NCBI GenBank assembly: GCA_047602405.1
Contig: JASGHJ010000002.1
Span: 1,440,001 to 1,504,000 of the forward strand
Source: Anaeromyxobacteraceae bacterium
GTDB lineage: Bacteria > Myxococcota > Myxococcia > Myxococcales > Anaeromyxobacteraceae
DNA length: 64,000 nt
Direction: 5' to 3'
Shown here: positions 23,445 to 32,241 of the stretch, piece by piece
Numbering within the stretch: position 1 is the first letter of the stretch
How the letters are laid out: every line of letters starts with the position of its first letter
Position numbers and translations under genes: made by a program
Notes under the pieces: generated by a model
Told to the model about the DNA's origin: nothing
Seen by the model: only the letters and a program-made list of their open reading frames with translations
Databases searched by the model: none

Positions 23445-25211
23445 GTGGCCGCGGTGACCCCGGACGATCCACGCCCCGCGCGCGGGGCGCCCCCGCTCTT
23501 CTACCGGTCGCTGTCCGACTTCCTCCGCGTCCTGCCCGGGGCGGCGCAGCGCTTCTGGCTGCTCGTCTTCGCGACCGGCGCGCTCGCCGGCGCCGGTGCG
23601 GGCGGGCTCCTGTGGTTGCTCCGCACGGTGCAGGCGCTCGCCTGGCCGGCCTCTCCCACCTTCGTCGAGGCCGTCGGCGCCACGACGCCGCTGCACCGGG
23701 TGGCGGTGCCGCTCGCCGCGGGCGCGCTCGTTGCGCTCGTGTTCGCGGTGTGGCCGCGCCTCCCGGGCGGGCACGGCACCGCGCGGATCCTCGAGGCCAT
23801 CTGGCACCGCGGCCGGGAGCTGTCGCTCGGGCGCACGCTCGCGCGGGGGGCCCTCTCGGTCACCTGCGTCGGCATGGGGGCCTCGCTCGGCCGCGAGGGC
23901 GCGCTCGTGCAGGCGGGCGCCTCGGCGGGCTCCTGGCTCGCGACCCGGCTCCGGCTGGACGAGGAGCGGACCCGGGTGCTCGTCGCCTGCGGCGCGGCCT
24001 CGGGGATCGCCGCCGCCTACGACGTGCCGATCGGCGGCGCGCTCTTCGGCCTCGAGGTGCTGCTCGGCTCCTTCGCCCTCGAGCTGCTCGGGCCCATCGT
24101 GGTCTCCTGCGTGGTCGCGACCGCCGTGGCGCGGATCGTGCCCGGCGCGCACCTCGCCTACCAGCTCCCGGAGTATGCGCTGCTGCGCCCCGGCGAGCTG
24201 TTGCCGGCGCTCGTGCTCGCGCCCGCGCTCGGCCTCGCGGCCGCCGGCTTCGTGCGGCTGCTCGGGTTCGTGGAGGTCGCGCTCGACCGCCTGCCGGCGC
24301 GGCTGCAGCCGTTCCTCCCGCCGCTCGGGATGGGGCTCGTCGGGCTCCTCGCGATCTCCTACCCGCCGGTGCTGGGGAACGGCTTCGACACCGTCCAGCA
24401 GATGCTCGTCGGCGCGCTCCCGCTCGCGGTGCTGCTCGCGCTCGTGGTGCTCAAGGTCGGGGCGACGGCGCTCTGCGCGGGCACCGGCGTGCCGGGCGGC
24501 CTCTTCACGCCGACGCTCTTCGTGGGGGCGGCCCTGGGGGGCTCGGCGGGGCTCGTGCTCGAGCGCATGGTCCCGGGCCTCGTGCCGCCGGGCGCGCTCG
24601 CGCTCGTGGGCATGGCGGGGATGCTCGCCGGCACCACCCACGCCGCCGTGTCGGCCGCGATCATCATCTTCGAGATGACCGGGGACTACGGCGTGATCCT
24701 CCCGCTCATGCTCGCCGCCGCGGTGGCGGCCGCGACCGCCCGGGTCGTCGAGCCCGACTCGCTCTACACGGCGCCCCTGCGCCGGCGCGGCGTCGCGCTG
24801 CCGGAGCTGCCGAGGCCGGAGTGGCTGCGCCGGACGCCCGTCGCGGCGATCGTCACGCCGGACGCGGAGCGGGTGGGGCCCGGGGAGCGCTTCGAGATCG
24901 TGCTGCGCCGGCTGCTCGCGCTCGCGCCGGGCCACGATCTCTACGTCACGGGCGAGGACGGCCGCCTCCTCGGCGTCATCCGCCTCGACGCGCTCAAGGG
25001 GACCATCCCGGATCAGGCCCACCTCGACATGATCGTCGCGGGCGACGTGCTCGACCGCGGGGTCGAGCCGCTCACCTCCGGGCTCTCGATCGACGAGGTC
25101 GCGCAGCGGTTCGCCGACGGGGACCTCGAGCGGCTGCCGGTGGTGGACTCCGAGCGGCGCCTCATCGGCACCGTCGGCATGCGCGAGGTGCTGGCCCTGG
25201 GCCGGTTCTGA
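23445..25211 (+). CDS. ClC chloride channel/antiporter with CBS domains
   Basis: SLGREGA, GGLFTPTL and FEMTGDY motifs; C-terminal CBS pair (LPVVD). Confidence 0.9.
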   Translation: MAAVTPDDPRPARGAPPLFYRSLSDFLRVLPGAAQRFWLLVFATGALAGAGAGGLLWLLRTVQALAWPASPTFVEAVGATTPLHRVAVPLAAGALVALVFAVWPRLPGGHGTARILEAIWHRGRELSLGRTLARGALSVTCVGMGASLGREGALVQAGASAGSWLATRLRLDEERTRVLVACGAASGIAAAYDVPIGGALFGLEVLLGSFALELLGPIVVSCVVATAVARIVPGAHLAYQLPEYALLRPGELLPALVLAPALGLAAAGFVRLLGFVEVALDRLPARLQPFLPPLGMGLVGLLAISYPPVLGNGFDTVQQMLVGALPLAVLLALVVLKVGATALCAGTGVPGGLFTPTLFVGAALGGSAGLVLERMVPGLVPPGALALVGMAGMLAGTTHAAVSAAIIIFEMTGDYGVILPLMLAAAVAAATARVVEPDSLYTAPLRRRGVALPELPRPEWLRRTPVAAIVTPDAERVGPGERFEIVLRRLLALAPGHDLYVTGEDGRLLGVIRLDALKGTIPDQAHLDMIVAGDVLDRGVEPLTSGLSIDEVAQRFADGDLERLPVVDSERRLIGTVGMREVLALGRF

Positions 25212-25225
25212 GTCTCGAGGGGGCG

Positions 25226-25272
25226 TCCCTCGACTCCGGCCCGCTTCGCGGGCCTACGCTCGGGATGAGCGG
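25226..25272. repeat. REP-like palindromic element between convergent genes
   Basis: tccctcgactccGGCCCGCttcGCGGGCCtacgctcgggatgagcgg: inner hairpin with outer pairing. Confidence 0.5.
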
Positions 25273-25308
25273 TCGGGCGGCTCCGCTCCGCTTCGCCGGG
25301 TTTCGGCC

Positions 25309-25692
25309 CTACTCGAACTCGGCGACGACCTGGCCGGACTGCACGGCCTCGCCGACCTTCGCGTTGATGGCGGAGACCTTCGCGGCCATCGGGGCCGTGA
25401 TGTTGGTCTCCATCTTCATCGCCTCGAGGACGAGGAGGACGTCGCCGACCTGGATCGCCTGGCCGGGCTGCGCGAGCACGCGGACGACGGTGCCGGCGAT
25501 GGGGCTGCGGCACACCTTCGCGCCGTCGGCCGGCGGCGCCTTGCCGTTCGTAGGCCGCGGCGGCGCGGCGACCGGGGGCGAGGCGGGGACCCGCGGCGCG
25601 GCGGAGACCGGGGCCGGGCGGACCGGCTCGGGCTCGCTTGCCTCGACGTCCACCTCGTAGACCTTGCCGTCGACGGTGATCTTGAGCTTCAC
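25309..25692 (-). CDS. Biotin carboxyl carrier protein (transcarboxylase 1.3S-like)
   Basis: MKLKITVDGKVYEVDVE N-terminus, Ala/Pro linker, and EAMKM biotinylation motif. Confidence 0.93.
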   Translation of the reverse strand: MKLKITVDGKVYEVDVEASEPEPVRPAPVSAAPRVPASPPVAAPPRPTNGKAPPADGAKVCRSPIAGTVVRVLAQPGQAIQVGDVLLVLEAMKMETNITAPMAAKVSAINAKVGEAVQSGQVVAEFE

Positions 25693-25701
25693 GGAGTGCT
25701 C

Positions 25702-26050
25702 CTACCGCAGCGCGTGGGAACCCTGGATGGAGACGCGGCCGGCGTGCGCCCACCCCTCGGAGGAGAGGAGGCGGAATCTGCCGGATGACGGGCCGCTTGC
25801 CGAGGAACGCGGCGATGGCGGCGGAGAGGACGAGCACGACCTCCTCGGAGATGGGCTCCGGGGCGGCCGCGGGCGGCGGGGCGGCGGGTGCGGCCGACGC
25901 CGGCGGCGGGAGGGCGGCCGGCGCGGGCGCCGCCTTCGCGCCCTCGAGCGCCGCGAGGCGGTCGGCGAGCGCGGCGAGCTCGGCCTTCAGCGCGGCCACC
26001 TCGTCGAGCGGGCCCTCGGGCCCCTTCGGCTGCTTCTTCGGCGTCGCCAC
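25702..26050 (-). CDS. Small accessory subunit (OadG/MmdD-like C-terminus); +1 frameshift near 25776
   Basis: Coiled coil, Ala/Pro linker, EEVVLVLSAAIAAFLG, then in the shifted frame RLLSSEGWAHAGR...*; no N-terminal TM helix. Confidence 0.7.
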
Positions 26051-26058
26051 GGGATCTC

Positions 26059-27618
26059 CTAGAGCGGGATGAGGCCGTGCTTCTTCGGCGGGCGGAGCTC
26101 GCGCTTCGCGTGGAGGTACTCGAGCGCCTGGGCGAGGCGCTTGCGGGTCTCGGCGGGCTCGATGATGTCGTCGACGAGCCGGCGGCCCGCCGCCATGTAC
26201 GGCGACGAGAAGGTGTCCTTGTACTGCTGGATGAGCTCGGCGCGCTTGGCGGCCCGGTCCGGCGCCGACTCCATCTCCTTGCGGAAGACGATCTCGACCG
26301 CGCCCTCGGCGCCCATCACCGCGATCTCGGCGGTGGGCCAGGCGAAGACCCGGTCGGCGCCGAGGTCCTTCGAGCACATCGCGAGGTGCGCGCCGCCGTA
26401 GCTCTTGCGCAGGATGAGCTGGATCTTCGGCACGGTGGCCGCCGAGTACGCGAAGAGCATCTTCGCGCCGTGGCGGATGATCCCGCCGTACTCCTGCTGC
26501 ACGCCCGGCAGGAAGCCCGGCACGTCCACGAGCGTGACGAGCGGGACGTTGAAGGCGTTGCAGAAGCGGATGAACCGGGCGGCCTTGTCGGAGGCGTCGA
26601 TGTCGAGCACGCCGGAGAGGACCGAGGGCTGGTTCGCGATGAAGCCGACGGACCGCCCCAGGAGCCGGGCGAAGCCGACGACGATGTTCATCGCGTGGCC
26701 GGCCTGGACCTCCAGGAAGTCGGCCCCGTCCACGATGCCCTCGATGACCCGGCGGACGTCGTAGCCCTGCTTCCCCTCCACCGGGACGAGCTTCGCGAGC
26801 TCCGGGTTCGGCTCGACCGCGTTGTCGCTCGGCAGCCGGGGCGGGTCCTCGAGGTTGTTCGAGGGCAGGAAGGAGAGGAGGCGGCGCGCCAGCGCGAGCG
26901 CCTGGGCGTCGTCGTCGGCGACGAAGTGGATGACGCCCGAGTGCGCCATGTGCGCGTCGGGGCCGCCCAGCGCGTCGGCGGTGATCTGCTCGCCGGTCAC
27001 CTGCTTGATGACCTGCGGGCCGGTGATGAACATCTGGGCCTGGCGGGTCTGGATGATGAAGTCGGTGAGGGCGGGGGAGTACGCCGCGCCGCCCGCGCAG
27101 GGACCGCAGATGATCGAGATCTGCGGGACCGAGCCCGAGAGCATCACGTTGTGGTGGAAGACCTGGCCGTAGCCGGAGAGCGAGTCGATGCCCTCCTGCA
27201 CCCGGGCGCCGCCGGAGTCGTTCACGAAGACGAAGGGCGACCCGGTCCGGAGCGCGTGGGCCATCACCTCGGCGACCTTGAGCGAGTGGACCTCGCCGGC
27301 GGTGCCGCCCATCACGGTGAAGTCCTGGCTCGCGAGGTGGACGAGCCGGCCGTCCACCGAGGCCGCGCCGGTGACGACGCCGTCCGCGGGGACCTCCTTG
27401 CCCGCCATGCCGAAGTGCTCCGCGCGGTGGCGCGCGAAGAGCCCGAACTCCTCGAAGCTGTTCCGGTCGACGAGCGCGTCGATGCGCTCGCGGGCGGTGA
27501 GCTTCCCGCCCTCGTGCTGCTTCGCGACCCGCTCCGCCCCGCCGCCCGCGAGCACCTTCGCGCGCTGCGCGCGCAGGTCCTCGGTGAGCGCCTCCATCGT
27601 CCTCGCCTTCGTCGCCAT
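26059..27618 (-). CDS. Acyl-CoA carboxyltransferase (methylmalonyl-CoA carboxytransferase 12S-like)
   Basis: GKLTARERI, QDFTVMGGT, DSGGARVQEG, DVPGFLPG and KKHGLIPL motifs. Confidence 0.93.
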   Translation of the reverse strand: MATKARTMEALTEDLRAQRAKVLAGGGAERVAKQHEGGKLTARERIDALVDRNSFEEFGLFARHRAEHFGMAGKEVPADGVVTGAASVDGRLVHLASQDFTVMGGTAGEVHSLKVAEVMAHALRTGSPFVFVNDSGGARVQEGIDSLSGYGQVFHHNVMLSGSVPQISIICGPCAGGAAYSPALTDFIIQTRQAQMFITGPQVIKQVTGEQITADALGGPDAHMAHSGVIHFVADDDAQALALARRLLSFLPSNNLEDPPRLPSDNAVEPNPELAKLVPVEGKQGYDVRRVIEGIVDGADFLEVQAGHAMNIVVGFARLLGRSVGFIANQPSVLSGVLDIDASDKAARFIRFCNAFNVPLVTLVDVPGFLPGVQQEYGGIIRHGAKMLFAYSAATVPKIQLILRKSYGGAHLAMCSKDLGADRVFAWPTAEIAVMGAEGAVEIVFRKEMESAPDRAAKRAELIQQYKDTFSSPYMAAGRRLVDDIIEPAETRKRLAQALEYLHAKRELRPPKKHGLIPL

Positions 27619-27630
27619 GGCTCCGCTCTG

Positions 27631-29145
27631 TTACGCCGGGGTGACGGTGACCTGGTGCGTCCGGTCGCCGAGCTTGATCTCGTAGCTGACGGGGGCCCGC
27701 ACCGGGCCCGCGCCGTTGCCGGCCGCCGGGGCCGCGCCCGCCGCCGGGGCCGCCGCCTTCGCGGCCGGGTCCTTGCCCACGTTCTTCGGCCCCTCCGCCC
27801 GGGTGCCGAAGAACTTCGGCGCGACCTGCGGGAACATCGCGTAGGTGAGGACGTCCTCGTCGGTACCGTCGCAGCCCTTGAGCGCGAGCGCCTGGCTGCG
27901 CAGCTCGTCCCACTCCGGCTTCAGGTGGTCGGCCGGGCGGTCGGTGATGGGCTCCTTCTTCGCGTGCTTCGCCGCGGCGCGCACGACGTCCGCGTCGCGC
28001 TGGCCGAGCGTCGCGCCGTAGTAGCCGAGCATCAGGTCGGCGAACTCGCCGGTGAGCACCTTGTACCGGCCCATCAGCACGTTGAAGACCGCCTGCGTGC
28101 CGACGATCTGCGAGGAGGGCGTCACGAGCGGCGGGTAGCCGGCGTCCTTGCGGACCCGCGGCACCTCGGCGAGCACCTCCTTGACGCGCTCGCCGGCGCC
28201 CTGCTGCTTCAGCTGGCTCTCCATGTTGGAGATCATCCCGCCGGGGATCTGGCTGTCGAAGATCTCGGTCTCGACGCCGATGAACTTCGACTCGAACTCG
28301 GCGTAGCGCCCGCGGACCTTCGCGAAGTGGTCCTTGATCTTCACGAGCCGCCCCTTGTCGAGGCGGGTGTGCCAGGGGGTGCCCTCGAGCATCTCGACGA
28401 GGGCCTCGGTGGGGTTGTGGCCCGGCCCGAGCGACATCGAGGAGATCGCCGTGTCGACGATGTCCACGCCGGCCTCGATGGCCTTCATGATGCTCACCAG
28501 CGTGACGCCGGTGGTGGCGTGGACGTGCAGGTGCACCGGGACGTGCTCGCCGCACGCCTGCTTGATGCCGCGGACGAGCTCGTGGGCGGGCTGGGGCTTG
28601 AGCAGCGCCGCCATGTCCTTGATGCAGATGGAGTCGGCGCCCATCTCGACGAGCTGCTCGGCGAGCTCGACGAAGTCGTCGATCGAGTGCAGCGGCGAGG
28701 TCGTGTAGCAGATGGTGCCCTCGGCGTGCTTGCCGGTGCGGCGGACCGCCTGCATGGCGCGGCGCAGGTTGCGGATGTCGTTCAGCGCGTCGAACACGCG
28801 GAAGACGTCCATCCCGTTCTCGGCCGACTTCTCGACGAACCGGTCGACGACCGTGTCCTCGTAGTGCCGGTAGCCGAGCAGGTTCTGCCCGCGCAGGAGC
28901 ATCTGCAGCCGGGACTTCGGCAGGAGCTTGCGGAACGTCCGCAGGCGCTCCCACGGATCCTCGTTGAGGAAGCGGATGCAGGCGTCGTACGTCGCCCCGC
29001 CCCAGCACTCGACGCTCCAGTACCCGGCCTCGTCGATCTCGGCGCAGATGGGCGCCATGTCCTCGAGCGCCATCCGCGTCGCGAGCAGGCTCTGGTGCCC
29101 GTCGCGCAGCGCCAGCTCCGTCACCTCGACCAGCTTCTTCGTCAT
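27631..29145 (-). CDS. Pyruvate/oxaloacetate carboxyltransferase (transcarboxylase 5S-like, ~504 aa, no biotin domain)
   Basis: LRDGHQSLLATR, WGGATYD, QMLLRGQN, IKDMA, HVH and LVTPSSQIVG motifs; ATG at 29145. Confidence 0.92.
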   Translation of the reverse strand: MTKKLVEVTELALRDGHQSLLATRMALEDMAPICAEIDEAGYWSVECWGGATYDACIRFLNEDPWERLRTFRKLLPKSRLQMLLRGQNLLGYRHYEDTVVDRFVEKSAENGMDVFRVFDALNDIRNLRRAMQAVRRTGKHAEGTICYTTSPLHSIDDFVELAEQLVEMGADSICIKDMAALLKPQPAHELVRGIKQACGEHVPVHLHVHATTGVTLVSIMKAIEAGVDIVDTAISSMSLGPGHNPTEALVEMLEGTPWHTRLDKGRLVKIKDHFAKVRGRYAEFESKFIGVETEIFDSQIPGGMISNMESQLKQQGAGERVKEVLAEVPRVRKDAGYPPLVTPSSQIVGTQAVFNVLMGRYKVLTGEFADLMLGYYGATLGQRDADVVRAAAKHAKKEPITDRPADHLKPEWDELRSQALALKGCDGTDEDVLTYAMFPQVAPKFFGTRAEGPKNVGKDPAAKAAAPAAGAAPAAGNGAGPVRAPVSYEIKLGDRTHQVTVTPA

Positions 29146-29331
29146 CGTGCCTCCCACCCCTCTCAACGCGGCCCGATCTACACGCCTTCCGGGGCGCGCG
29201 CGACGCCCCGCGTTGTCGCAGCACCCGAAGGATCTGTTCAGGGCCACGCAGGTTTGCACCTGTTGCACTGTTTTCACCCGCCGTACGCGCATCGGTTGCG
29301 TACGTCCCTCGACCCGTGCACGCTCGAAGGG

Positions 29332-30612
29332 ATGACCGCCCTCGTGCTCGCCTACCGCGCCCCGGTCCGCCACGCGCTCGACGTGCTGTGGGGCGCTGTG
29401 GAGGTGACGCCCACCACGGCGAGGCTCCCGGTCGTCGCCGCGGAGCCGGCGGACCTCGAGGGCGCGGTGCGGGCCGCGGTCGCGGCGCACGGCCGCGTGG
29501 TCGTCGCGTGGTCCTTCTACTCGGCGGGGTTCGAGGCGGCGGCCGCGGCGCTCGCCGCCCTGCGGGCCGCCTGCCCGGGGCCCGGCGTGCTCCACGTCGC
29601 CGGCGGGCCGCACGCGAGCGCGGCGCCCGCCGCCACGCTCGCCGCCGGGTTCGACCTCGTCGCGACGGGGGAGGGCGAGCTGACGCTGCCGGCGCTGATG
29701 GCCCGCGTCGCCGCGGGCGAGGACCCGCGCCTCGCGCCGGGCCTCGCCTGGCTGGACGGGGAGGGGAGGCTCGCGACGGGCGCGCGGCCGCCGATGATCG
29801 CGCTCGACGACTTCCCGCCCTGCGCGCCGGGCGCGGTGAGGCGCGGGCCGATCGGAATCACCCGCGGGTGCGTCTGGGCCTGCCGCTTCTGCCAGACCCC
29901 GTTCCTGTTCAAGGCGCGCTTCCGCCACCGCTCGCTCGAGGGCGTGCGGCGGTGGGCGCGCTGGCTCTACGGCACCGGCGCGCGGGACCTCCGGTTCCTC
30001 ACGCCCTCGGCGCTTTCCTGGGGCTCGGCGGACGGGGGGGTGGACCTCGACGCGGTCGAGGCGCTCCTCGCCACCGTGCGCGAGGAGGCGGGCCCCTCCC
30101 GGCGGGTGTTCTTCGGAACGTTCCCCTCCGAGCTGAGGCCCGAGCACGTGTCGGCGCGGGCGCTCGCGCTCGTGCGGCGCCACTGCGACAACGGCACCGT
30201 GCTCCTCGGCGGCCAGTCCGGCTCGCCGCGCGTCCTCGAGGCGATGGGGCGTGGTCACGGGGTCGAGGACGTGGAGCGCGCGGCGCGCCTGGCGGTCGAG
30301 GCGGGGCTCGTGCCGGACGTGGACCTCGTCTTCGGGTTGCCGGGCGAGGAGGAGGCGGACCGCGCGGCGACGCGGGCGCTCGCGGCGCGGCTCGCCGCGG
30401 CCGGCGCGCGCGTGCACGCGCACGCGTTCATGCCGCTGCCGGGCACGCCGTGGGCATCCGCGGCGCCCGGGGAGATCGACGCCGAGACCCGACGGCTCCT
30501 CGACCGGCTGGCCTCCGCCGGGCACGCGCACGGGCAGTGGAGGCGGCAGGAGCGGCTCGCGGCGGCGAGCAAACCGCCGCTTGCGCCCCATCGTGGACAA
30601 GTCGACGGTTGA
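29332..30612 (+). CDS. B12-binding-like/radical SAM protein
   Basis: GGPHAS and GEGE B12-domain motifs; TRGCVWACRFC (CxxxCxxC); C-terminal FMPLPGTP. Confidence 0.85.
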   Translation: MTALVLAYRAPVRHALDVLWGAVEVTPTTARLPVVAAEPADLEGAVRAAVAAHGRVVVAWSFYSAGFEAAAAALAALRAACPGPGVLHVAGGPHASAAPAATLAAGFDLVATGEGELTLPALMARVAAGEDPRLAPGLAWLDGEGRLATGARPPMIALDDFPPCAPGAVRRGPIGITRGCVWACRFCQTPFLFKARFRHRSLEGVRRWARWLYGTGARDLRFLTPSALSWGSADGGVDLDAVEALLATVREEAGPSRRVFFGTFPSELRPEHVSARALALVRRHCDNGTVLLGGQSGSPRVLEAMGRGHGVEDVERAARLAVEAGLVPDVDLVFGLPGEEEADRAATRALAARLAAAGARVHAHAFMPLPGTPWASAAPGEIDAETRRLLDRLASAGHAHGQWRRQERLAAASKPPLAPHRGQVDG

Positions 30613-30622
30613 TCCCCGTCAA
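30609..30622. promoter_or_regulatory. FNR/Crp-family box upstream of the cytochrome operon
   Basis: TTGAT-CCCC-GTCAA, a 9/10 match to TTGAT-N4-ATCAA. Confidence 0.65.
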
Positions 30623-30709
30623 GGGAGTGCGCTCCCGCCAGGGTGTAGCGTCGGCTGTCGTCCGGACGGAGGGCAGCGCCTCCATCCGGCCCCCCGGAGG
30701 CACCACAAC

Positions 30710-31291
30710 ATGAGAAGAATCGCCGTTTTCGGCGCGTTGGTCGCGGCCGTACTGAGCGTGCGACACGCCGCGGCATCGAGCCCCGGCGCTGCCGCGCCCG
30801 CGGCCCCGAAGAAGCCCGAGCCGCTGATCCAGGCCGAGCCGCCGCCCTTCTCCGAGGGCATCTACCCATGCTCGGCCTGCCACGCCGACCAGAAGAACGC
30901 CGAGAAGCGCGACCTCGCCTTCCACGACGATCAGGCGGGCGTGCTCGCGCACGGCGAGCGCTGGTGCCTCGACTGCCACGACTTCAACGACCGCGACGTG
31001 CTGCGGCTCGCGAACGGCGCGAAGGTGCCGTTCACCGAGAGCTACCGGCTCTGCGGCCAGTGCCACGGCGACAAGCTGCGCGACTGGAAGGTCGGGGTGC
31101 ACGGCAAGCGCACCGGGCACTGGGACGGCGAGAAGACGTACTTCCTCTGCGTGAACTGCCACGACCCGCACTCGCCCCGCTTCAAGGGCGTGGTCGCCGT
31201 CGAGGTCGCCGGGAAGAAGACCACCCGCTACACGCACGAGCGCGTGAAGCCCGAGCCGCGGCCCCGCCGCCCCGAGGAGATGTCCCGATGA
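30710..31291 (+). CDS. Periplasmic tetraheme cytochrome c
   Basis: Signal peptide; four CxxCH motifs (CSACH, CLDCH, CGQCH, CVNCH). Confidence 0.9.
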   Translation: MRRIAVFGALVAAVLSVRHAAASSPGAAAPAAPKKPEPLIQAEPPPFSEGIYPCSACHADQKNAEKRDLAFHDDQAGVLAHGERWCLDCHDFNDRDVLRLANGAKVPFTESYRLCGQCHGDKLRDWKVGVHGKRTGHWDGEKTYFLCVNCHDPHSPRFKGVVAVEVAGKKTTRYTHERVKPEPRPRRPEEMSR

Positions 31292-32229
31292 GCGCCCCGG
31301 ACACGAAGCTCCCCGTGCTGCCCGAGGGAGGCGAGGGCGCCCCCGCGGACCCCTCGCGCCGCAACTTCATGGCCACCGCCGCCGCCGGCGCCGCGATCGC
31401 GGCGGTCTCCGGCTGCGGGGTGGTGGACGTCGAGGAGGTCTTCCGCAAGCACTTCCGCGAGCTGTCGCCGGACGAGCTCGCGAAGCTCCTGAAGCGGATC
31501 GAGAAGAAGAACCTCGAGAAGTACGGCAAGCAGACCACCGTCACCGCCGAGGGCCCCCGCGCCGGCGTGCAGTTCGGCTACGGGCTCGACCTCTCCCGCT
31601 GCATCGGCTGCCGCCGCTGCGTCTACGCCTGCGTGAAGGAGAACAACCAGAGCCGCGAGAAGCCGCAGATCCACTGGATCCGCGTGCTCCAGATGGAGAA
31701 GGAGCACGGCGTCGATCTCGCGCACGCCGACGCGTACTACGAGCCGGAGACGGTGCCCGCGCCGGGCAAGTTCTACATGCCGGTGCAGTGCCAGCAGTGC
31801 CGCAACCCGCCCTGCGTGAAGTCCTGCCCGACCCAGGCGACCTGGAAGCAGGAGGACGGGATCGTCGTCATCGACTACGACTGGTGCATCGGCTGCCGCT
31901 GCTGCATGTCGGCGTGCCCGTACGGCGCCCGCCACTTCAACTGGGCGACGCCCAACCTGCCCGCCGAGCAGGTCAACCCGGTCCAGCACTACCTCGGGAA
32001 CCGGCCGCGCCCGAAGGGCGTGGTCGAGAAGTGCACCTTCTGCGTGCAGCGCACGCGCAAGGGGCTCTACCCGGCCTGCGCGGAGGTCTGCCCGGTGGGC
32101 GCGCGCAAGTTCGGGAACCTGCTCGACCCGGAGAGCGAGATCCGCAAGGTGATGGAGACGAAGCGCGTCTTCATCCTGAAGGAGGAGCTCGCGACGCACC
32201 CGCAGTTCTACTACTTCTACGCGACCTAG
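31288..32229 (+). CDS. Tat-exported 4Fe-4S protein (NrfC/DsrO-like)
   Basis: SRRNFM Tat motif; CIGCRRC, CQQCRNPPC, CIGCRCC and KCTFC clusters. Confidence 0.92.
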   Translation: MSAPDTKLPVLPEGGEGAPADPSRRNFMATAAAGAAIAAVSGCGVVDVEEVFRKHFRELSPDELAKLLKRIEKKNLEKYGKQTTVTAEGPRAGVQFGYGLDLSRCIGCRRCVYACVKENNQSREKPQIHWIRVLQMEKEHGVDLAHADAYYEPETVPAPGKFYMPVQCQQCRNPPCVKSCPTQATWKQEDGIVVIDYDWCIGCRCCMSACPYGARHFNWATPNLPAEQVNPVQHYLGNRPRPKGVVEKCTFCVQRTRKGLYPACAEVCPVGARKFGNLLDPESEIRKVMETKRVFILKEELATHPQFYYFYAT

Positions 32230-32241
32230 AGAGCCCGCCCA

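Noticed and set aside
25309..29145. Na+-pumping oxaloacetate or methylmalonyl-CoA decarboxylase
   Set aside because: There is no membrane beta subunit in the operon and the small subunit lacks a TM anchor. A distant partner cannot be excluded from this window.
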